Shown here piece by piece: positions 53,727 through 64,000 of a stretch of 64,000 nucleotides of DNA. The DNA lies in assembly GCA_017499595.2 (NCBI GenBank), contig CM038998.1, positions 1,674,001 to 1,738,000 of the forward strand. The letters run 5' to 3'. Position 1 is the first letter of the stretch. Every line of letters starts with the position of its first letter. A program made the position numbers and the translations under genes. The notes below the pieces were generated by a model. That model saw only the letters and a list, made by a program, of their open reading frames with translations. It ran no database searches and was not told where the DNA came from. This DNA is from Psilocybe cubensis (lineage: Eukaryota).

Positions 53727-53873
53727 AATATCAACTACACTATATCATGCAGAATTGCAGTCATACATATGTATTTCCATTTTTTGCTATAAAACTCTCG
53801 GCCCTCTAAGAAGTTGAACGACCTTTTAAATGGCTTTACATAAGCCGAAATGAAGGCTGTCACCAGTCTTCGG

Positions 53874-54955
53874 TTAATCTTGCAGACACGATAATACATG
53901 GCCTATGAAAATGTCCCATGCAATGTTTTCCAGCACACCGGGGTATTTGTAAGTGAACTGATTGTACTCCTGTCTCAGTTTAACGGCACTTTCATGGAGC
54001 AACTCTGCATCGCGGAGGCGGAAGTCGCTGAATGAAATCTGGGCATGAGGGACATATATGTCGATGAGGGATAATGGATTACGGTAAGTTTTCAACGCAA
54101 TGTTTGGGAGAGAGGATATTGCAGTGAATATTTGCCTTAAACACTTGTTATTTGCGCGCATAACAATTAAAAGGTAGCATACTAAGCTCACCATAGCACT
54201 GAATGGTCCACATCGACTGTAGACTTCCTTAACTTCAGCAATCTGCATTGACCAATAATCATCGCAAAGGTACCCCTGTCATCTACCCAACTTCTCCGGA
54301 ACTCTGCGTTGAGTTGGCCAAAGGTATACATGCGGCCGTAAGGAGTAACAATGTTCCACTGTGACGTTGAACAGCGAGCTCGGAGCTCATTGTTAACCTC
54401 ACCTTCAAAAAGACCTTGTTCATCGATGGTTCCATCGCCATCTTCATCCACATCAAGTGATTTGGAGATTGTTCCAAAATACAATTTAGTAGCAATGGCG
54501 TGAAGAAGGACAGTTTCTCCATTCAGTATCGTAGAAATGAGGTTGCTGCGTACAGAGTTAATCCACCACGGCGCGTCTTTCGAACTCCATACATCAGCGG
54601 TGAAGCCGTCCAAGGTAGTGTCGATCCATGGTCCCCCGGAAAAGCCAAAGTGGGTCGGAAATATCCAAAGTTTGACCTGAAGGCAGTCAAGGGAAACATG
54701 ACATGCGCTATCTTGATATTCGTAGTTCTCTCCAACAATAACGGCCCAGTACGGAGCTTGTGGACAAGGGAGGTGAAGCCTTATAAATATCTTCTCCATC
54801 GAGATTGTGCACGCTTTGGTTTCATAGTGCAAACCATGTACACCGAACCAACTTAAGCGACGAATTTTGATTGTTCGATCATAGCAACGCGCAACAAGTA
54901 GAACAATAGTAATGCAGAGGGCGAGGAGAGAGCCAAACATGAATATGGACGACAT
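53874..54955 (-). CDS. Hypothetical protein with N-terminal membrane anchor; 2 exons
   Basis: 255-aa ORF with hydrophobic N-terminus spliced (TG|gtgagc...taag|G) to a terminal exon QIFTAISS...LSCLQD*. Confidence 0.7.
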
Positions 54956-55168
54956 CTAGCAAGTTACAAGTCTCAAAAGGTTATATATAGGATGACATCA
55001 TAACCTCAAACTGGTCTTTGCAGCTTGCAGCCAATCGTTCATTTGAGAGCTGCTATTCTGCTGCCATGGTCCGTTGTCCCATAACCTTCATCCATTCCGA
55101 AACCTATAAGGCAACGCCGACCTAGGATGGATGATTAGACAATGGTTAAAAGGCAGAAATGAACGTTA

Positions 55169-58094
55169 TTATACCTGGGGACTAGGACTCCTTGCTGTTC
55201 TAGCTGATTCCTGCCCAGATAAGTACAGTGTATCTGACCTTAAGAAACTGGTTCTGTGCGAATCCGAGGAATTCAAAATCGTGTTCGAGTTTTGAGGAGG
55301 TTGATACAATGGTGTTTTCGTCTGGATGATTTCATTCGAAGTCAATGTCTGGGGTTCGTCAATAGAGGCCATCTTGGAATAACGATAGGCAGCAACATTG
55401 TCAAAATCGCTGTAAAGTTGTTTTTCCATGGAAGAAGTTTTCCGGGCGACGCTTGGATGGCGAGACATGTAGGGAGTGGAATTATCCTTGGACAGATAGT
55501 TATAACTAGAATTCGGCATGCTTCGAACCTGGCCTTCGACGTCTAAGAAGTAAGGAGTCGTCGTAGCTTTCCAGCCGCCAGGAACGTAAACAGGTGGTGC
55601 TACGTTTCTGTCAGCATGGTAGCGAAGTAATTCCTTTTTGAGCTTCCGGTGTTTGCGTCGATAATAGAGTAGACCGAAGAGAATGAAAGCAATCAAAAGA
55701 ATCGTGAAAATAACTGCGATACATATTCCAATCACTGCAGGACCGGAAAGGTGGCTGTAAAAAGAAGCGTTATTGAGGCACACAGGGTCAGAGAGTCAGC
55801 TATGTTTACCTCGAAGGCTTCTGTGTATTCTGTGGTTTAGAATGGATACCCGGCCCCGATGGCACAGTCCCTGGACCTTTGGGCGGTTCAATGGAGGTGG
55901 AAGCACCGTTATCCGATGATGGACTCTGTTTATCTGCACCTCTGTCCTGAGGGCTACCCGAAGGTGCAGTATGAAGATTACTCGACGAAGGGTTGTAGGA
56001 AAATATGTCCAAAACTTTCTTACTAGGATTCGTAGAAGATTTAGTAACGGACACTCCAGGCATTCCCTCCCAAGTAACGAACTGTGTGATCGATTGAAAT
56101 TGGACAGAAGATGCAGCTAGAATAGGACTCGGAGTTGGTTCCACAGTAGTTTGTTGCGCAGAATGAGATTCAAATCCTCCTGTATCTGACACGCCCATGG
56201 GTAACACGCCATGTGAAGATGAGACGGTGTTGTGATTGTGAATGGTGGAAGCCCGATTAGAACCACTTTGAGATAAAGCCGTACGTTGAGGAGGCGAGTC
56301 TGTAGAATGGGTTGTTTTCGTAGCGGTGACCTTGGAGGGATGTGGCGTTTGACGAATCTGAGTGGTGACTGGAGAATGTTCTATGGATCTGTGATTGGAT
56401 GTACTTGTTTCATGTGGAGGCGCTGGCGCATGAGAATGGTTTGTGACTATAGCTGGACGGGACTGGGCCGGAGAGCCCTTGGTGGATATACGAGACGGTT
56501 CGGCAATAGTGAAATGTGACATGGCCTTGCCAGCAGAAGCCGTGTCCTTAGAGAGATGTGGCGCTTGATGGGTCTGAGTGGTGACTGGATGATGCTCTGT
56601 GGTTTTATGATTGAATTTACTTGAGGCCTGTGGGGGTGCCGACGCGTGAGTATGGTCTTGGCCTGCAGCTGTATGGGACTGGGCTGGAGATCCCTTGGTG
56701 GTTGTATGAGGCGGTTCTGCATTAGTATGATGCGACTTGGACTTGTCAGTAGAAGTTGTGTGCGTCTGGGATTGATGAATCTGAGTCGGAGCTAGCTCGC
56801 TGTGAGAATGGGAATCTTGCGTATGAGAAGGTGTGCCGTCACCGTGTGAATGAGTTGCGGAGGTATGTTTGGGAGGAGGAGGTTTCTGGGAATGGGGATC
56901 CGAAACTTGTTTGGAATGTACTACCGAAGTATGGGTAGGTTGCGAGTGGGAATGAGTATTAGAATGCAATATCTTAGTTGTATGAGAACGATCAGGAGGC
57001 GGCGTCTCTTTGGGGAGAGATTTGGAGTTGTTGATGTGCGATTTGGTCTTAAAACTGTGGTTATTAGGAGGTGTGGGAGAACTATGGTTCACGTCCGAGC
57101 TACGAGCAGGAGGAGCCTGGGTATGAATATCAGAGGCATTAGAACTATGAATATGACCGGGATGTGGGGTTTCTTGGGGACGAACCTTTGCGTTGCTGGT
57201 ATGGAATGCGGCAGAAGAACTGTGTTCGTGATGCTGAGAATCCTTGGAATGATTTTGTGGATTGTTATTGTGAAAATGAATGTCAGAGATATGGGGAGCC
57301 GGAATGTTATGGGAATTAGAAACTTTGGCCGGTTCAGGAGGTGAAGTTTTCTGAGGTGTAAATATCGAGCTGGTTATTGTATGTTGATGATCAATAGAAC
57401 TGCGACTAGGAGCTTTATGGGGATTGGAAGGAGCGACTTCGGTGGGACGAGCGTTATTCGAAACATGGGGCCGTTGAGATTGTGAGTTTGGGTTATGATT
57501 GTGAGTTTGGGTATCAGAGCTACTAGTAGGAGGCGCCAGATGATGGGTATCAGAAGCTTTCACTGGCTGAGATAGATTGGGAAAAGTTGTCCCTTTCGGC
57601 ACAGATGCTGAATGTCCGTTGTGCGACACAACTGCAGGTTTGCTGGTAAGAGACGCCACGCGAGTAGGAGTGGCGGTGACCTGCGCTTTGGGATTTGGGG
57701 TATTGTTGATCTGAGAGTTTCGAGTAAGAGGTTTTTCAGTGTGAGTAATAGGAACTTTGCTAGGCTGGACACGATCAGGGGGGGACGTTCCTTGAGGATG
57801 AGACTCTGAGTTGCTGCCAGATGGATGGACTACAGTGCTATGAGCTGCAGGGTTGATTGGTGCTACAGAATGACTCTGTGATAAATTAGTTTGTCCATGT
57901 TTCGACGCAGAGCCTGCCTCGTTATCAGACGATTGACCGGTATGAAGTTCTGAGATATCGGAAGTGCTTCCGCCAGTGTGAGCCTGAGTCTGGGTAGTTG
58001 TCTGATCATGAGCATCTTGTATCTCTGGAGAATTCGAAGTGCTTCCAGTGTATTGTTTGGGCTGAGAGGTTTCCTGAGCACCGTCTTTGGCCAT
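55169..58094 (-). CDS. Ser/Thr/His/Pro-rich mucin-like single-pass membrane protein; 2 coding exons
   Basis: 762-aa low-complexity exon spliced (AG|gtaaac...acag|C) to a TM helix AVIGICIAVIFTILLIAFILFGLLYY, then RRKHRKLKK and a cytoplasmic tail. Confidence 0.8.
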
Positions 58095-59448
58095 CGTCGA
58101 TGTTCACCGCAACGTTGTTGCTGTGAACAGATTGAAAATAAGATTCTTTGTTGATTGAAAGCAAAGCCACAATATATATCGAAGTAAAAAACCTGTGATT
58201 AATGTCGCCTTCGATGGTATTCTGAGAAGCAAAAGAACGAAGCGAGTTAGGGGACCAGCCAGAGGGTGAAGACGGGATGAGAAAAGCGCTGCTTTCCCTA
58301 CTTAGTACGAGACAATATGTGGTTTTAGTGAGGCAGAGAATGACTTGAGTTTATGAGATGTCAAGCTTTGATTGCATGCAGTCGAGAACCCGTTCAACCG
58401 CGTGTTGTGGTGAAGGACTCTTGTGGAACGATGTGTATCGGAGGCAAATTTGGAGAAGGATGGTTCACTGTGTCCTTGGTATCGAAAGAAAGAAAGAAAG
58501 GGAAGATGAAGAGGTTGTTATGATCGTGCTGCATATAAGTGGGAGCACAATTCCTATAAGCTAAATCACTGCAGTTGGATATCAATCATCAAATACCGAA
58601 GTGCTGTTGAACACAGCGTCGCTAAAGAACATGTTGGGAAGCATCAACCTATGAATATCAGCTGTTGTTTGTTCTGATGAGTCTCCCATCGCTCTGCTAG
58701 ATTATAAAGGAGAAAGTCTGGTTATTGAGGCGGACGAGCTTGAACGGGTGATCCATTGTATTAAAGTATATCATAAACAAGGTTATGTCACTTTACAGGA
58801 TGTCCCAGCCCTACAAAAGCGAAGAGGATGTGGTTGAGTTTAAACTCGAGACGACGAGATACATTCGCAGTGTGTATGCAGACGTACATCGTTTGATTGT
58901 AGCGTGATGTGTTGGTAGGCCTACATCGAAGACTGTGCGCTTATATATATGCCCTCGTTCCTGGCTAAAAATATTGAAACGGACAGATTCGCATAGCAGA
59001 TGATTTCCCAGTGACGCTCCGCTGGGTACGAGGTCTAGCTCAACCCATTAATTAACGCATCGGGGTTAAATAGACGCATGGAGGCGACTGTCGGTGGCAT
59101 CCCGGCGCTTAGACCAGGCTGATTGCAGTTGGCCGGGAACTGTGCACGGCGAACAGCTGTGGGCTCTGTCGCGGAGACGGTCGAGCGATAAAAACGGTGA
59201 AGGGGAACGATTAATGGGATTAAAGAAAAGAGATATAGAATAGTCGAGTCCCTGGAAGGATATATTGGTCGTGGTATAACATGTGTTCAGTAACCCAGAC
59301 GACATTCACGGCATGGAATGAGCATACTGGGACTCACGTGGCGTTAATTGCTCCCACCCTCCAGAGTCCATGGAACCTTCTCTGCTACTTTGTATATTCC
59401 ATATCTTCTTCTCCGCTCTTTGCTTTTCTCTCCCACTTTCTGCATGTC

Positions 59449-61864
59449 ATGCCCAAGGCAAAGTTCGAGCATCCCCACGCTCGTCGCAGGACTCTCTCAG
59501 ATCCTCTCGCCGCCGCCCTCCTCCCCCCTCCAGATGAGTCTCCCATTGACAGAGAGGTCCGCCTCAGGGCAGAGATAGATGCGAAGAAAGTCAGCGACTC
59601 TATCGACGACATGATTCGAATCGAGAGGAACGAGCGCAAAAAGTCAAAGACAGAGGTCAATGTCTTGTTGCTTGGTCAGTCGGAGTCGGGTAAGAGTACC
59701 ACTCTTAAACGTGAGTCTTTTATTCATTGGTATTGCATATCGTCTACATCTTGCGTCCAACTCTGTGTTTCGCTATTGGTGCTGGCACTCGCTGTCCAGC
59801 GCCGTTCTGGACCCCGTCGATACGCTATTGTGGAGGAAACATTGTAGCATTCGCTCAACTATTCTTTCGGACCTTCGGATGTTCAGCTGGACTAACAGAT
59901 TCCGATAGAATTCCAGTTGTTGCATTCGCCTTCTGCATTCCATGCCGAGAGGATTGCCTGGAGAGCTGTCATTTATTTGAATCTCGTTCGTTCTGTCAGA
60001 CGGTGAGCAGCAAGTATTTGTTCTCAATTTAGATTGATGGCTTATTAATTCCGCTCAAAGCATATTGGATGCGCTTGCCCCAGAGGAGTCCGATGTCCTC
60101 GACGAACATGATGACGGGGATTCATTAGAAACAGCTTCGGTCATAATTACTTCCAATGGTCGCCCGCCGTCGGCAATTCTAGGCACTCGAGTGTCTAACT
60201 ATGACAGCTATCGGCGAAAGCTCGAGCCTCTAATTGATCTAGAAGAACGCCTTATACGCCTGCTGTCCTCTCCGGATGAAGACGAGGCGACACATCTAGG
60301 ACCTCCGTGTCCCGGTTGGGATTCTTATGGTCACAGGGCCAACGAAAATATGCCTCCTCCCTCCCACTTTTCTCCCAGTATTAGCTCAAACGGACGGCCA
60401 GCGCCGACAATCACCATACCTCTCAAAAAGCAGACTTCGTCGTCTGCTGGAGTTAAATCCAACGGTCTATATCCCAATATTCCTTCATTGAAAGGCAAGG
60501 AGATTGTCGTTCATACTTCTACGAACTGGAAGAAGGCCTTTTCTCTTGGGAATAAATCTAAAAGTCCTAAAAGCGCCCATTCTGGCGAAATTGAAGGATG
60601 GTGGGAAGATCCAGATGATCCTGTTCATACCTTAAACGCATGCGCACCTGCTATGCAGGAGATGTGGCGGGATCCTCAAGTTCGAAAACGTCTTCAAGAG
60701 AAACGGTTGCGATTAGAAGAGAGCAGCGGCTTGTGCGTATCAAATATTTTGATTTCTTTCTTTGATATTGTTCATTCAAATATTTTTCATAGTTATCTTG
60801 ACGAAATCCCAAGAATTACTGCCAAGAAGTACATTCCCACCGATGGTGAGATGTCCTTTGTTTTTTTGTCAGTAAAGATGTACTTACAAATCGGCTAATA
60901 TAGCGGATGTTCTCAAGGCAAGATTGAAAACTATGGGGGTGGTGGAGCACACTTTTTCAATCCCATCGGGCAGCAACAGAGGGGTTGAGTGGCGTATCTA
61001 TGATGTTGGCGGCGCTCGTAACCAACGTCAAGCATGGGCTCCTTATTTTGAGGATGGTAGGTACTATCTTGAGAGAACGAAGTTTAACTGTTGACCACCT
61101 GTTAATGCAGTGAATGCCATTATATTTCTTGCACCGATATCCGTTTTTGATCAGGTAAAGTCTAACCTTGATATGAATCAACTTGACAACTAATAATATT
61201 CATAGGTTCTTGCTGAGGTGAGAATCGCGGGTTGTATTTTTGGTGGTCATATGCAGTATAATCAAATATCACATTAGGATCCTCATGTCAATCGACTGGA
61301 GGATTCACTGTTGCTGTGGAAAGCTGTTGTTTCCAACAAATTGCTTGCCAACGTTAACATCGTCCTATTTTTAAATAAATGTGACCTTCTTCAGGTAAGC
61401 TTTTTCTTTTGATCGACAAATAAATTCACTCACCATACCGGTTTAAAGGCCAAATTGGAAGCTGGGGTGAGACTTAATCACCACATGATCTCCTATGGCG
61501 ATAGACCAAACGATTATGATTCCGTATCAAAATGTAGGCTGCATTATTGCGTTCAGATGAACGACGTCCTGATTCCTTCCTACAGATTTCCGCAACAAGT
61601 TTGGTGTCATACATCAGTCATATTCACCTAATAAGGAACGAGAGCTGTACAGTGAGTCTTTCTTGTGATCTGGCAATTGAGATTGTTCGCAAATAATGCT
61701 GTATAGCTCATTTCACCGCCGTCACCGATACCAGGAGAACGTCGGTCATCATATCTGCAGGTATTTTTATTTCTTTAGGCTGTGTTGAATAAATCTAACG
61801 GAGGAGCGTTATAGTTCGCGACATTATCATCAAAGGAAACCTCCGGAATATGCGACTCGTTTAA
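59449..61864 (+). CDS. Atypical heterotrimeric G-protein alpha subunit with large helical-domain insertion
   Basis: G1 GQSESGKST, G2 ARLKT, G3 DVGG(A), G4 NKCD, G5-region TAVTDT. About 11 exons, including a 12-nt exon (VLAE). Confidence 0.92.
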
Positions 61865-62287
61865 TAACCAGAATGCGCTCATCCACGCTATTGAGATATT
61901 TGCACTCTTCATCGCTGTTACCCTTGCCCTTTATATGCCTTCCTCCTGCAGACGTTTTACCACCTACATTCTAGCCCTGGCGCTTCGCACTTAATTCTTC
62001 CACTATAAAACATTCCCTCCGTTAGGCTTTAGTTGCTCGCATACCTCATCCTGGCTAAACATGCCATGGAATTTATAACCCGACATCACTGAATAAGTCA
62101 GAATGTCATTAATTTGTCTTCCAGTATACCTATAGTTACCAAGGTCTTCATTGTAATAGCAATTATGCAAAAATATTTGATCCCCTTATCGATTTGGGTC
62201 CTTTTCTCTTATCACTGGTAGCTAAATAATAAGCGAGATCGGTAGCTTAATAGTCACAGTGTACATTGATCCTTGTTCAGTAGCAAT

Positions 62288-63063
62288 ATGTCGTTGACCA
62301 GATCGCTACACCGGTTCGTCCGGGATATCAAATCTTCCCCCGCCTTTTCTGCCTTTTCTAGTCGCCAATTTGTACTTAATTTGAATAATCAGATAACACC
62401 GACAACTGTGAAGCAAGTTCGTTTCGTCCGAACCTTTTCGTCCACCACTGTCACGACAATGTCTGCCCCCGCATCAACCCACGAATCTTTGGCCGTCGTC
62501 TCTACATCTCGTCTGTGGCTGTCTGCATGAAATTCGCAAATACAGGGCTAATTTTTTCTACTCAATGGTTACAGAAGCACCCGCAGCAATTGGGCCGTAC
62601 TCTCAAGCAATCAAAGTCGGCGACCTGGTGTTTTGCTCTGGATGCATTCCACTGGTTCCCGAAACAATGCAGATTGCCGAAGGAGGTGTTGAGGCTCAAA
62701 CCGAACAGGCCCTTAAGAATCTCAAGGCCGTGGTAGAGGCTGCAGGGTCCGAGTTGGGCAAAGTAGCCAAAACTACTGTGAGTTTCGGATCTCTTGCGTG
62801 GCAGAGGGGATGCCGTGAACATGTATTTCCATTGATGCATTTCCCTTTTGTCTCTCTATAGGTGTTCTTGAAATCTATGGACGACTTCGTTGCTGTGAAC
62901 GGCATCTATGCAAAATTCTTTGGAAATCACGCTCCTGCCAGGTCTGCAGTCGAGGTTGCGCGCCTGCCTAAAGACGTACTTGTTGAAGTCGAGTGTATTG
63001 CCAGGTGAGCAAAAAGCACGCAACACAACGACCTGGACTGATTCTTTTGACAGCTTGAAATAG
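62288..63063 (+). CDS. RidA/YjgF/YER057c (Mmf1/Hmf1-like) imine deaminase with putative mitochondrial presequence
   Basis: [26 protein letters not shown] and [23 protein letters not shown] motifs. Confidence 0.93.
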
Positions 63064-63180
63064 ATGCTCTATCTCTCAATTACATGTAGGATGCCTTTCT
63101 GAAACGAAAATAATGGTCCCTCCGTTTCTTCCTGAAGATAAGAAAGCACCAATTACAGAAATCCAAAATGATACAATGTT

Positions 63181-64000
63181 TTACATGGCTTCAATAACAT
63201 CCTTCAGGCTCGCCTCATCCAAAATTTCAAAGCCTTTGGACGTCGTCACCTGAATAATAAAATAAAAATCACATTGCGTAAAAGGCAACAGTAGAACGAA
63301 CCTGGGCCAACTGTACGTTGTGTTGGTCGAGCTTTTCTTCCATCACTTGCTTGAGCACGCTTAGAGTCAGTAGTTGTGCCTCCCGCAGTGTCATTTGCTG
63401 GATTAACATGGTCAATACTTGTGCTTCAGAAGCAAATACATTAATACATACCTTGTGCCATTTATCTTGTAGTTCGCTCTGCGCAGCTTCTGATCCTGAT
63501 CCAATAGCCTTGGCGTCATATCGTACAAAGGTTCCTGACGGGTCAGTGTGGTATCTGTTACAAGTCAACGATGTTCTGATTACGGAAATGCAATGGGCTT
63601 ACAGTTGAGGGCCGAGTTCATCGATCCCAGCAATAAGAAGTGCAACACCAAACGGCCTACTCATCATGGCTTCTTCATCATGAACGCTCTCTCCGAACCT
63701 CAGCGCAAGATCGCAAACGGCTTGTGTTACACTCTCAACCTTGATCTTTTCATCGTAAGTGAAGGCATGGTTCTGAGCAGTGACTCTCGCATGGTCGATC
63801 ATAGTTCTGGCATCGGCTGTGAGTCCAGACATAGCGCAGCCAAGGTGGTTATCAATTTCCATAATTTTCTCGATCGAACTCGATTCCAGTAGAGGTGATT
63901 GTACGCGTTTCTCTACTCCAAGAACTATACCTTCAGGTGTTCGAATACCGACAGTTGTCGAGCCAAGCTACATCACTTGTTAATGAGAAATGTATTCAGA
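63181..64000 (-). CDS. PUP2: 20S proteasome alpha-5 subunit, 3' part (5' end off the right edge)
   Basis: [54 protein letters not shown] and LKQVMEEKL. Confidence 0.96.

Noticed and set aside
58190-58377. Possible signal-peptide exon for the mucin-like gene
   Set aside because: The ATG at 58377 is followed by TAA after 8 codons, and the hydrophobic-looking stretch overlaps a likely UTR intron.

Overview
Gene-dense eukaryotic DNA, almost certainly from an agaricomycete (mushroom-forming basidiomycete). This is inferred from the many ~50-60 nt introns with degenerate donors, an RFTS-BAH-type DNMT1, agaric-style F-box genes and an atypical G-alpha. About 28 protein-coding genes can be reconstructed by hand: DOP1 (partial), an Ies4-like gene, a GFA/Mss4-like gene, ATP synthase subunit e, RBBP4/HAT2, RAMP4, BMT5, mitochondrial uL10, FIP1, an ING-PHD gene, a 69-aa orphan, MCR1, HOG1, DNMT1, DPH4, a TBC Rab-GAP, two tandem enolases, NOG2, importin-9, two F-box-like genes, an RS-rich protein, COG8, three hypothetical membrane proteins, an atypical G-alpha, RidA and PUP2 (partial). 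I found no prokaryote-style system such as CRISPR or a defence island. The best anomalies concern RNA processing and translation. Importin-9 appears to need a 61-nt AT-AC intron with U2-like signals directly after a GC-AG intron. DPH4 has no in-frame AUG (CUG start or split start codon). The FIP1 start codon is split by an intron. There is also a 592-bp TA-flanked MITE, a structured SINE-like insert with a (CAA)nA8 tail, a diverged tandem enolase, and a G-alpha lacking the catalytic switch-II Gln. Gene models are manual and untested by RNA data.
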